Position numbers and translations under genes: made by a program. The notes under the pieces are model-generated. The model was not told the DNA's origin and made no database searches. It saw only the letters and a program-made list of their open reading frames with translations. A stretch of 64,000 nucleotides of DNA from the NCBI GenBank assembly GCA_963706575.1, contig CAVPNL010000005.1:192001-256000 (forward strand), given 5' to 3'. Source of the stretch: an uncultured delta proteobacterium. Lineage in GTDB: Bacteria > Desulfobacterota > Desulfobacteria > Desulfobacterales > JAHEIW01. Below, piece by piece: positions 1-9,024 of this stretch; position 1 is the stretch's first letter; every line of letters starts with the position of its first letter.

Positions 1-475
1 CCTGTCCATGGATGAGGCTTATCGACAGATTGAGTGGAAAGCCGTCTTCCTGATCGCCGGACTGCTGCCGCTGGGTACGGCATTGGATCAAACCGGGGCT
101 GCCAAGATGATTGCCGAGGGCGTTGTCACCTTTGTCGGCCCGTTTGGGCCCCGGGCGGTCATGTCGGGGCTGGTGGCACTGACATTTCTGGCAACCTGCT
201 TTGTGCCGACAGCTGCACTGGTGGTTCTCATGGCGCCTATCGTTTTAAGCACCTCAGTCAATATGGGACTGGCTCCCCATGCCCTGCTGATGGCGGTTGC
301 CATGGCGGCGTCGGCGAGTTTCATGACACCCATTTCGCACCCTGCCAATATTCTGGTGATGGGGCCGGGGGGATACCGCTTTATGGATTATTTCAAAGTC
401 GGCGGATTACTAACGCTGGTCGTTCTGCTGGTTATTGTGTTTATCCTGCCGCTTTTTTGGCCGCTTGCGCCTTAA
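1..475 (+). CDS. SLC13/DASS (TrkA-C-associated) family permease, C-terminal part only
   Basis: Hydrophobic ORF running off the 5' edge; C-terminal motifs ASASFMTPISHPANILVMGPGGYRFMD and IEWKAVFLIAG typical of SLC13-like permeases. Confidence 0.85.
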   Translation, partial: LSMDEAYRQIEWKAVFLIAGLLPLGTALDQTGAAKMIAEGVVTFVGPFGPRAVMSGLVALTFLATCFVPTAALVVLMAPIVLSTSVNMGLAPHALLMAVAMAASASFMTPISHPANILVMGPGGYRFMDYFKVGGLLTLVVLLVIVFILPLFWPLAP

Positions 476-492
476 ATGTAATTGCGGGCCTA

Positions 493-525
493 GAACCTAA
501 TCTGAGGTTTTGAAACCACTTCCAG
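493..525. mobile_element. Isolated right end of the MITE-like element at 57217-57420
   Basis: 30 of 33 nt identical to 57388-57420 by manual alignment. Confidence 0.7.
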
Positions 526-554
526 TTGTGTCCTACAAATAAGGTACAAAATGA

Positions 555-623
555 CCGTCACTCCCGCGCAGGCGGGAGTCCAGCTCAAAGACGCCTGGAT
601 TCCCGCCTGCGCGGGAATGACGG
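555..623. repeat. CGTC-type REP doublet (dRS3-like palindromes) between convergent genes
   Basis: CGTCACTCCCGCGCAGGCGGGAGTCCAG at 556-583 and inverted CTGGATTCCCGCCTGCGCGGGAATGACG at 595-622. Confidence 0.85.
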
Positions 624-669
624 ATGGGTAACACGCCTTAGGACGGAACAATATTTCTGGGACATCACA

Positions 670-1683
670 CTAGCTGTCCCCAATAATATCTTCTTTAAAA
701 TCCGCTATAACGGGTTCAATACCGGCGAGCCGCTCGATTCGGGCAATGTGAATCACCGCATCACCCTGGTGAACGAGCGGCAAATTCAGCCGGCCGATGA
801 CCATCCCGGACACGGGCGATTCGATCGCTACTTCATGGCCGCTGAAGGGATCGGCAATTTCCCCGATCTTTTTGTTTTTGCCGACTTTGGCGCCGAGCGG
901 GACATTCATGTGCAGAATGCCGGAGGCCGGCGCGCGAATCCAGGTAGTGGCATCGGCGATCAGCGGCTCGATGACCGCTTTGCGTGCCCGGATTCGCCTG
1001 AGCATCCCGATGGCTTCCATGACCGACAAGATACCGCGGATTCCGGCTCGAATGGCGACTTCATCGAAGCGCAATGCCTCACCGGCCTCGTATAGCAGAA
1101 AAGGGATGCCTTTTTCGGCCACCGCCTGGCGCAGGGAACCATCGCGGATGCTGGCATTAATAATAACCGGAACTCGGAAAGCCTCCGCCAGTCGCAGTGT
1201 ATCCGGATTCTCTATGTCCGCACGAATCTGCGGCAGGTTGGTGCGGTGATTGGAACCGGCGTGCAGATCGATACCGTGGGTGCTGTTGGCCACGATCTCG
1301 TTCATAAATATGTCCGCCAGTTGCGATGTCAGGGAGCCTTTCTCGGAACCCGGGAAAAAGCGATTGAGATCGCGGCGATCGGGGGAGTAACGCGACTGCT
1401 GCAGAAACCCGTAAACATTTACCACCGGAACGGCAATCAGCGTACCTCTCAGTTTTTTGATTTTTTTGAGTTTCATCAGCCGCCGGATGATTTCAGTACC
1501 GATGATTTCGTCCCCGTGAATGGCGGCACTTACAAACAATCGCGGGCCTTCTTTCTGGCCGTGAATGACGTGAACCGGCATCGTCATTTCGGTGTGGGTA
1601 TACAGACGGGCCACCGGTACATGGATCGTGGCTTGCTGGCCGGGCTTTATTTTTGAACCGGCTAGTGATACAGGCGGTCGCAT
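670..1683 (-). CDS. Succinylglutamate desuccinylase/aspartoacylase family (M14) peptidase
   Basis: HGDE, DLNRFFPG, DLH and YEAGE motifs; C-terminal biotinyl-lipoyl-like domain; start overlaps the rimK stop. Confidence 0.9.
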   Translation of the reverse strand: MRPPVSLAGSKIKPGQQATIHVPVARLYTHTEMTMPVHVIHGQKEGPRLFVSAAIHGDEIIGTEIIRRLMKLKKIKKLRGTLIAVPVVNVYGFLQQSRYSPDRRDLNRFFPGSEKGSLTSQLADIFMNEIVANSTHGIDLHAGSNHRTNLPQIRADIENPDTLRLAEAFRVPVIINASIRDGSLRQAVAEKGIPFLLYEAGEALRFDEVAIRAGIRGILSVMEAIGMLRRIRARKAVIEPLIADATTWIRAPASGILHMNVPLGAKVGKNKKIGEIADPFSGHEVAIESPVSGMVIGRLNLPLVHQGDAVIHIARIERLAGIEPVIADFKEDIIGDS

Positions 1684-2589
1684 TAGCCTTTCCCTCTGGT
1701 TCGGGTTTTTCCGGGCCCGGCGTTTTTTTCGATATATTCGATGATCATGCCGGCAACATCTTTGCCGGTGGTTTTCTCGATGCCCTCCAATCCGGGCGAA
1801 GAGTTAACTTCCATGACGACCGGCCCGTGGTTGGATCTGAGCATGTCGACACCGGCCACCCTTAGCCCCATGATTTTGGCCGCCCGGACCGCTGTGGAAC
1901 GCTCTTCAGGGGTGATGCGCACTTTGCTGGCACGGCCGCCACGGTGGAGGTTGGACCGGAATTCTCCTTCGAGGCCCCTTGCGCATCATGGCGGCAACAA
2001 CCTTATTGCCGATGACCAGGCAACGAATGTCGGTGCCGCTGGATTCCTGGATGAATTCCTGCACCAGAATATTGGCTTTTAGACTCCGAAATGCCTGAAT
2101 AACACTCTGGGCGGCCTTTTGGGTCTCGGCCAGCACAACACCGACGCCCTGGGTGCCCTCGATCATCTTGACCACCAGCGGTGAGCCGCCCACAAGATCG
2201 ATGAGATCGTCGGTAAACACCGTCGAATGCGCGAAACCGGTGACCGGCAGGCCGATGCCTTTGCGGGCCAGCAATTGCAGGCTGCGCAACTTGTCCCGCG
2301 ATCGGCTGATGGCAACCGATTCGTTGAGGCAAAATACGTCCATCATTTCAAATTGCCGCACCACCGAAGTGCCGTAAAAGGTAATCGAAGCGCCGATACG
2401 CGGGATAATGGCATCGAAACCTTCTAATTTCTCGCCTTTGTAATGAATGGCCGGGTGATGCGAGGTAATGTTCATGTAGCAGCGCAACGGGTTAATGACG
2501 TGGACTTCATGGTCGCGCTTTCGGGCGGCTTCAATGAGGCTTTGGGTAGAGTAAAGCTCCCGTTTGCGGGAAAGTATGCCAATTTTCAT
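1683..2589 (-). CDS. rimK: Ribosomal protein S6 L-glutamate ligase RimK (one +1 indel near 1975)
   Basis: [31 protein letters not shown] and [12 protein letters not shown] motifs; removing one G from a G run restores [11 protein letters not shown]. Confidence 0.93.
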
Positions 2590-3083
2590 TTTTTTGCCTT
2601 TTTTAGCGTTTCAGTTTTGTATGTTTTTGCCAGTGATCGCCCGGTTCGGTAGGATCGCCCTGGATTTATCAGAAATCTATTTTCGACCGCTTTGCGTCCG
2701 AGCAGCATCCTGAACAGCATCAGGTCTCTGTTGGTCAGCGTAATGTCGATCGGCCAACTCACGGCCCCCATCACTGCTGTTGTCCGGATTACATAACGTT
2801 TCTCAATATGGCCACCTGAATCCTTTACCCGGCGCTTCTCCAACACCGGTGCTTCACAGAACCGTTCGATATCTTTTCGGCGCTGCAGCGGATGGATGCC
2901 GAATCGCACCATTCGTTGGCCGTTTGCGACAAACTCCTCCAGATTGAATGTATGCAGGGCTGAGGTGCGGGCGCCCGTGTCGATTTTGGCCTTAACCGCA
3001 GGTATACCCAGATCCGGTAACCCGATCCATTCCTTCCAACCGATTATCGCATTTGGCTGGGTGTTCTTTTTTTTCATTTTCAT
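2586..3083 (-). CDS. RimK-associated protease (RimB / putative ATP-dependent zinc protease family, retropepsin-like)
   Basis: [19 protein letters not shown] and FRMLLGR motifs; stop overlaps the rimK start; RBS before ATG at 3083. Confidence 0.88.
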   Translation of the reverse strand: MKMKKKNTQPNAIIGWKEWIGLPDLGIPAVKAKIDTGARTSALHTFNLEEFVANGQRMVRFGIHPLQRRKDIERFCEAPVLEKRRVKDSGGHIEKRYVIRTTAVMGAVSWPIDITLTNRDLMLFRMLLGRKAVENRFLINPGRSYRTGRSLAKTYKTETLKKAKK

Positions 3084-3268
3084 CCTTCCTAAAGCCGCCC
3101 AAAGATTAGTCACAAAGGCGCTTAAGCCATTATGTTCTTACCGTCTCATTTTTCATGATTCGAAAGTTTAAAAATTGATTTAGAGTAAAAAAAATCTCTA
3201 TATGGAAGGTTAATAGACGTGTCAATATTTAATATTTTAGACCAGAAATTGGCGCCGGTCTTCACTCA

Positions 3269-4501
3269 TCACGTTGCCGGGCGGGGTCGGTTTTCAAGCA
3301 TTTCCACGAAGGCTTCGATGCGGGTTCGCAGTTGGCCTTCGGCAAAATTGCGGGTGTCCATACAATCCACTTCAAGATTCAGCACCGGCACATTGATTTC
3401 CTTGAGTCCGCTGCTGATCAGCCCCCTGGCGCCCGTGCCCTGGCGGCAGCCCCAGTGGCAGGGATTGATGGCGCCATCCAGTTTATAGTTCCGGGCCAAT
3501 TTTTGGAGGTGCTGAACTCGGTTTTGCATGTTGACGTTTAACGGTTTTGCGATAGCGCGGCGCGCCATCCCGGTAAAAGGGTCATCCGGGTCAATGGAAT
3601 CCCAATAGATGTCGTTCAATTCATCGCAAACAATGTTGGCCTGATATTCTTTTTCAAGCAGGTCGACCAGGGGATTTTTAAACTGAATCCGGTTTTGGAT
3701 CCATAACAGCCGGATCTTTTCATCGGGCACCCCCTGGATTCCATTATCGATCCTGGCGCTGAATTCGTCTTTGTACGCCTGGGCAATCTCTATGGCGGAA
3801 TCCGTACCCAGAAATAACAATATGACGAGGCCGAAATTAATGAGCAGACGGCCGTCTGTCGGTGAGGGCACTTTTTGGGCGAGTCGATACATGTCTTGCA
3901 TGATTTCCCGGGCTCGATTTGTTTTATCGACAGCCTGGTGTAATTTGTTTTCATCGAGCGGTTCGCCCGTATGCTGGGAAATAAAGTCAACCATATCCTT
4001 TATTTGGTCCGCCAGATACTGTACGCTTTGCTCGGATTGTTCCTGGGGTACGTTTAAAACGAATAGGTCTTTTTTAAACATGTGCGCCAGGTTTTCCAGT
4101 ACCGCAACACCTCCGGAGCAGGGACAGGTGCTGGCGATGAGAAAATCCGGCTCGGGCATGATTCCTTTTCTGGCGGCCCCGATGACCGAACGGTGGAAAC
4201 CGCAGGTATCTCCGACAAAGCCGGCCTGTTCGGCCTCTTCCAGAAAAGTATCTGCCATGCCGGTTGAAGCCAGCACAGCACCCACAAATTCGACAAAACA
4301 GGAAGTGATGCCCATGGCGTTAAGCAAATCAAATGGGGCAGCGATACCGCACCAGGCAACCTGATCCTTACCGGAGTATAAGCGACTGCCGAGTCTGGCA
4401 ATCTCCAACGCATATTTTTTCCTGGGATTGGGTAGATTCGGATCTTGCAAAATCTTGGCCTCAATTCCGGATGCCAGGTCTTGAAAGTATTCGTACATCA
4501 T
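3269..4501 (-). CDS. 2-hydroxyacyl-CoA dehydratase family subunit (HgdA/B, Bcr/Bad-like)
   Basis: DTCGFH, STCPCSG, HWGCRQ and LEVDCMDTRNFAEGQLRTRIEAFVEML motifs. Confidence 0.88.
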   Translation of the reverse strand: MMYEYFQDLASGIEAKILQDPNLPNPRKKYALEIARLGSRLYSGKDQVAWCGIAAPFDLLNAMGITSCFVEFVGAVLASTGMADTFLEEAEQAGFVGDTCGFHRSVIGAARKGIMPEPDFLIASTCPCSGGVAVLENLAHMFKKDLFVLNVPQEQSEQSVQYLADQIKDMVDFISQHTGEPLDENKLHQAVDKTNRAREIMQDMYRLAQKVPSPTDGRLLINFGLVILLFLGTDSAIEIAQAYKDEFSARIDNGIQGVPDEKIRLLWIQNRIQFKNPLVDLLEKEYQANIVCDELNDIYWDSIDPDDPFTGMARRAIAKPLNVNMQNRVQHLQKLARNYKLDGAINPCHWGCRQGTGARGLISSGLKEINVPVLNLEVDCMDTRNFAEGQLRTRIEAFVEMLENRPRPAT

Positions 4502-4527
4502 GGGGAATCACCTTTTTCAAATTGAGA

Positions 4528-5589
4528 TTAATCAAGCATTTCGATAAACGCTTCGATTCGAGTTCGTTGCTGTTCGATGGATCGCAGGCTGCAGTCTCCT
4601 TCGAGCAGCAATAACGGAATGCCGGCTTGGCGCAACGTCTCGCGTACTGCCGGCAGGCGATCCAGGTAGGGGTCGCAGAATTTGATGGTTTGGCCAATAA
4701 CGCCTCTGGCACCGGAAGCCTGAGCTCGAGTCAGGATGTCTTCGGCCATCTTCAGCGGTTGGCGCGGGTCGAATGTCCGGGCACAGGGCGGCCGGGTTAA
4801 CAGGCTGCGGGAAATCTGGAGAACCAGATTTTTGTTCTCATTAATATCCATGGGAGTGAATAATCTTGAGCCTGTGCAAAGATCATCTTCGATAATGCGG
4901 GCACCGCAGGATTCGAACAGCCTCAGTGCTTCAGGGTCTGCCAGGACATTGCCGAATAGAAAAACAGGGATTCCGTCACTCTCAGGATCCTCTGATTTCG
5001 GTTCCGCCAGCGCCTGTTTTAGGCTTCGTGCGCTTTTTGCGAAGGGCGTCGTCATCGCTTCATTATAAAGCGTTTGCATTCTGGTGCTGCTCCCTGCCAG
5101 TGTACCTTGGCGTACGCGCTCCCGCAATCTGGCAAAAAGGGGGGGTAGCTGGTTGTATCGCTGGATGCTTGTTTCTATATCGCTGTTGGTGATGTTGCGC
5201 CCGCGCCACTCTGAAAGCGCTTCCATCAGACGGGCAAGCTCTTTGGCAAAAAAAGTAACCGCTGGCTCATCGGAGATAACCGGCAGGTCCAGCAAGATGA
5301 TGTTATCATCAGGCCGCACCTGCCGCCAGGCATCACATACCCTGCGCATCGCATCGCAGCTGTTTATAAAGACGACACCCGCAAGACCCGGAAGATCCTT
5401 GCTGATGGCACGATCCAGAATGCGCTTGACATGCGGGCAGAGATTGTCGTGCAGCAGCTGCCCGGCCTGATCCGGGCACGCGCTCATCGGCAGAATGCGA
5501 TAGGGCGTATAGCCGGCTGCATCGATTAAGACCAGTGGCGCATAAGCACAGGCATAACCCATTTTTTCAGTTTTTTTAGGCATATCCAT
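4528..5589 (-). CDS. 2-hydroxyacyl-CoA dehydratase family subunit
   Basis: NLCPHV, NSCDAMRR, DDLCTGSR, KFCDP and QQRTRIEAFIEML motifs. Confidence 0.88.
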   Translation of the reverse strand: MDMPKKTEKMGYACAYAPLVLIDAAGYTPYRILPMSACPDQAGQLLHDNLCPHVKRILDRAISKDLPGLAGVVFINSCDAMRRVCDAWRQVRPDDNIILLDLPVISDEPAVTFFAKELARLMEALSEWRGRNITNSDIETSIQRYNQLPPLFARLRERVRQGTLAGSSTRMQTLYNEAMTTPFAKSARSLKQALAEPKSEDPESDGIPVFLFGNVLADPEALRLFESCGARIIEDDLCTGSRLFTPMDINENKNLVLQISRSLLTRPPCARTFDPRQPLKMAEDILTRAQASGARGVIGQTIKFCDPYLDRLPAVRETLRQAGIPLLLLEGDCSLRSIEQQRTRIEAFIEMLD

Positions 5590-5748
5590 TTCGGCTCTCC
5601 ATCGTGTTTCACGAGCAACCGTTCTAATTCAAGAGTTTAATTGGTTAGCAAAGCAAAAATACCACGGCTTTGTTAGAGGCGATATGCGGTTCGGGATTGC
5701 ATCTGTCCCTTCAATTCCCTAAACCAATAAAACCAATTGAACAACTAA

Positions 5749-5832
5749 GTAGGGCAGCCCTCTGCGCGGCGCGCCGTAGCTTTAGCGAAGGCGGGTGGCT
5801 GCCATGGAGGTCGGCACGGAGGCCGCCCCTAC
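5749..5832. repeat. GTAG-type REP doublet with a 31-nt internal insertion
   Basis: GTAGGGCAGCCCTCTGC...GGCTGCC and GGTCGGCACGGAGGCCGCCCCTAC; inverse-orientation relative of 21005-21059; extra hairpin at 5766-5796. Confidence 0.8.
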
Positions 5833-5878
5833 TTCTTACTTCGAAATTCCTTGTTCGATATTGGGTATTCTTATTTTA

Positions 5879-6328
5879 TTACCTATTTTCATCGTTCGCA
5901 TTGGCGAGTATATGTCGCAATAAATTTTTGGTTTGCGAGATACCCTCCTGCGGGATGCCGGCAAAGACCTGGGTAATCACCCGGTCTACCACGTTTAGCA
6001 CCGGATCACGAACCTGGCGGCCAATTTTTGTTAAATGAATTCTCAGCACCCGGCGGTCAGTCAGGTCTGTCGTGCGCGCAACCAATTCATCGCGTTCCAT
6101 ACGATCCAGCAGGCCCGTCATGGTTGACGGCTCCAGTCCGGCTTTTTTGCTAAGCTCGATCACTTTTAATCCATCCTCCTGCCACAGGCTCATCAGCACG
6201 CATAAATACGCCGGTTTTACCTGTTCAACCCCTGAGGATGCGAATTCTTTCTTCAGGGCGGCCGTCACCAACAGGCTGACGCGTGATATCAGATAATATG
6301 GGCATTCTTTAAGTGAACTCAGCATCAT
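5879..6328 (-). CDS. MarR family transcriptional regulator
   Basis: Winged HTH motif STMTGLLDRMERDELVAR...DRRVLRIHLT; RBS upstream of ATG at 6328. Confidence 0.92.
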   Translation of the reverse strand: MMLSSLKECPYYLISRVSLLVTAALKKEFASSGVEQVKPAYLCVLMSLWQEDGLKVIELSKKAGLEPSTMTGLLDRMERDELVARTTDLTDRRVLRIHLTKIGRQVRDPVLNVVDRVITQVFAGIPQEGISQTKNLLRHILANANDENR

Positions 6329-6348
6329 TTTTGTCCGCCTTTTTACCA

Positions 6349-6371
6349 CGTATACGGATTATACGTATACG
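6349..6371. promoter_or_regulatory. Candidate MarR operator (two CGTATACG palindromes)
   Basis: CGTATACG at 6349-6356 and 6364-6371, directly upstream of marR in the divergent spacer. Confidence 0.55.
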
Positions 6372-6711
6372 AAATATTGTGCTGTGTCAACTGTCCTTTT
6401 TTGTAATTTTAGCGTTCATCTCAATTAATATATTTTAACCGCCTTCACCTAAATTTAACTATTGCATAAATTTCGCTATGAAATAAACATATGCTGTCGA
6501 TCTTTAATGGAGGCGCTTGCCGAAAGCTAAAAACGAATTGTTTGAAATCGGTTAATCATGCTAAAAAGGGTGGGTCGTCTGACGTAATCAAAAGGGCCAT
6601 CCATTTATTTGGGATTTCGGGTTATTTGCCGTGGACCCATCGGCCTGCAAACAAATATTATCAGACATAGGGAGCAACTTACTCAGAAAGAAAGTAACCA
6701 AGGAGGGAGCA

Positions 6712-8064
6712 ATGGACCGGGATGATGTTGTCAAAAAGATCAAAGATGCGATGATTAAAGGTGAAATCCCTCCTTGGAAGGCTGATGACGAGGCGGCAAA
6801 AATGGGTATTACGGTGCCTGAGAATATTGTTGTGGGGACCATGGCCCGGCGTGCCTTTGTCGAAGAGAAAAGCGGTCAAAAATTTTGCCACATTGTCCTC
6901 CCTGAAAAACCGTATCATACGGGCTACCGGTGTCCAAAAGATGGCACGCTCTGGACTTTGGCGGCGGATGATACTTACGTGCGATGCGGCATGTGTGCAA
7001 CACCACTGGAAGTGCTGCCGGAAAACGAGCGTCACCAACCACTGGTCAACAATTACATCGGCGGGGTGGAAGATTATTATAGCTATGCGGGGGAGGTCAC
7101 CGTCAGCGGGGAAGTCAAAAAAACCTTTCAAAATATTCTCTGTTGGGGGCCGGGCGTCGGGCATCTGGGCATCAGTGTGGGATGCTTTCGACTCAACCAA
7201 TTCGGTCCCATTGAGGTGAAAGTGTCCGATTGGGGGGTTGCCGCCAGAAATTTAGCGTTTGTGTTTGATACCGAGGGCGAGCGTGAAAAAGCCCAATCGC
7301 TGATCAAAGAGAATCTTTCCGATGTCATCGCCCAGATGACGCGCTCGCATCTTTCGGAATGGAAGGGAGAGGTATTTGATGTTAGTTTTTTATATAAACA
7401 ACATCATGCAGATCGCATTTTGCATTGTTGTTTTTACACCCGGTTTTCCGATCACCGCGGCCATGGTCAGACTTCACATAGCGTGGGGTTGGCGAAAAAT
7501 CTAATCGATGATTTATTCGCCCAAAGCAATATCAAATGTCGGCTGTCTGTCGTCGGTATGGGAAGAGACGGTGATCTCAAGCCATCTCCGCGAAATAGGC
7601 GCGGACGTTACGTATCCGCACAACAGATTATTCCAATTAAAGACTTCGAAAAACTTATCGAGCGTCCGATCGACGATTTTCTTTCCTATATCGAGCTTGA
7701 TCGACAAGGCGTGTTGGAAGAAATCGGATGGCCGGCCTACACCGGTATGGGAGGGGAAATTATCCCCGCCTTTTATCGAACCATGAAAAACAACCCCAGA
7801 CCCTATCTGGTTTCATGTTATCAAAAGGTTTATGCTTATTGCCGTGGGACGGATTTGATCTTTGGTGTCGAATTGCCCAACGTTGAGGTGGGTATTACCT
7901 CGAGTCCGGAGGGCATTATATCGCCAATGGCCAGAGAGGCCCTAAAAATTGCCGGTATTCACAGTGCCAAGGAATTTGCGGCTGCCGCCGCGGCGATAAC
8001 GCTTGGGGGTGAATTTAATTTTGCGACCCTTCATATTCAGGAACGAATGTACACCGGCAAATAA
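6712..8064 (+). CDS. Divergent class I HMG-CoA reductase-fold protein with inserted zinc-ribbon-like segment; function unknown
   Basis: Colinear matches by eye to archaeal HMGR (ARRAFVEE, NNYIGGV..AG, DLKPS..NRRGRYVSA...IP, DL..GVELPNVEVG, EAL.I.G..SAKEFA..AAITLGGEF); catalytic and NADPH motifs replaced; RBS AGGAGG before ATG at 6712. Confidence 0.7.
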   Translation: MDRDDVVKKIKDAMIKGEIPPWKADDEAAKMGITVPENIVVGTMARRAFVEEKSGQKFCHIVLPEKPYHTGYRCPKDGTLWTLAADDTYVRCGMCATPLEVLPENERHQPLVNNYIGGVEDYYSYAGEVTVSGEVKKTFQNILCWGPGVGHLGISVGCFRLNQFGPIEVKVSDWGVAARNLAFVFDTEGEREKAQSLIKENLSDVIAQMTRSHLSEWKGEVFDVSFLYKQHHADRILHCCFYTRFSDHRGHGQTSHSVGLAKNLIDDLFAQSNIKCRLSVVGMGRDGDLKPSPRNRRGRYVSAQQIIPIKDFEKLIERPIDDFLSYIELDRQGVLEEIGWPAYTGMGGEIIPAFYRTMKNNPRPYLVSCYQKVYAYCRGTDLIFGVELPNVEVGITSSPEGIISPMAREALKIAGIHSAKEFAAAAAAITLGGEFNFATLHIQERMYTGK

Positions 8065-8772
8065 ATGGATGTATTACCCAAAAAGATTTCCTATCCTGCC
8101 GGGGATACAAGCGTTCCCGGCATTTTATACTTGCCTGATGATCGAGCTGCATGTGCTGCGGTGATTATTTTTCACGGGAGTGATGGCTTCAAATCCAATC
8201 ATGAGATGATCGCTCGGAAGCTGGCGAAAGAAGGATTTGCCGCGTTGGCGTTGACCTGGTTCGGTGGTGCGTCGGCGCGATCGCTGTGGAGCGCTGTTCG
8301 CGCTGACGATATCTTGCAGGCGGTTGCTTTCTTAGAACAACAACCGGCGGTGGATGCGGACAGACTGGGTTTGATCGGATTTAGCCGGGGCGGCGGTTTA
8401 GCCTTGATTATGGCGGCGCTGATCCCACAAACCAAAGCAGTCGTTAATTATTTTGGGCTGACCGCCTGGAAAGCCGGTTTGGAAGAATTTGGTCATTTGC
8501 CGCTGAACGAATCCGAACCGCTGGATTTTATCCAGAAGCTCAGTTGCCCGGTTTTATCTTTTCACGGGGAAAAAGATACGGTGGTTCCTGTTAATAACGC
8601 CATCGACTTGGATACCGCGTGTAAAAAATATGGTGTCAATCACCGGTATATACTTTATCCGGGTGTCAATCATTCGTTCATCTGGCCGGGCGATAAATAT
8701 GACCGAAAGGCCCACCTGGATTCATGGGATAAAACGCTTCGATTTTTAAAAACTAACCTGAATTCTTTTTAG
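8065..8772 (+). CDS. Dienelactone hydrolase family alpha/beta hydrolase with Ser nucleophile
   Basis: GFSRGG, HGEKDTVVP and YPGVNHSF triad motifs; starts directly after the upstream stop. Confidence 0.88.
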   Translation: MDVLPKKISYPAGDTSVPGILYLPDDRAACAAVIIFHGSDGFKSNHEMIARKLAKEGFAALALTWFGGASARSLWSAVRADDILQAVAFLEQQPAVDADRLGLIGFSRGGGLALIMAALIPQTKAVVNYFGLTAWKAGLEEFGHLPLNESEPLDFIQKLSCPVLSFHGEKDTVVPVNNAIDLDTACKKYGVNHRYILYPGVNHSFIWPGDKYDRKAHLDSWDKTLRFLKTNLNSF

Positions 8773-9024
8773 AGATCTAACATGGTTTTACCGATTGGGT
8801 TTGATAGGAACATGCTTTGCAGGGTGCAGGCTTTGATCTATTGATTAACATGTGATACGGATCTTAATTTATAAACCCACGCTGAAACCCATTAATGAAT
8901 AATTGAACTCAGTCAGTATACGGACAAAACTTATCTGATCCGATTTTCCTGTACGCCATCTATCCATCTATAACTTGGACCGTTTCAATATTACACACAA
9001 TTCAAAACTCATAGGAGCATAACA

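Noticed and set aside
526..1095. Long antisense or shadow ORFs, e.g. 526-1095, 12301-13059, 14201-15100, 39696-40454
   Set aside because: They overlap well-supported genes on the opposite strand and carry no family motifs
6712..8064. Calling this gene hmgA (mevalonate pathway)
   Set aside because: Catalytic and NADPH motifs are missing and there are no mevalonate genes nearby
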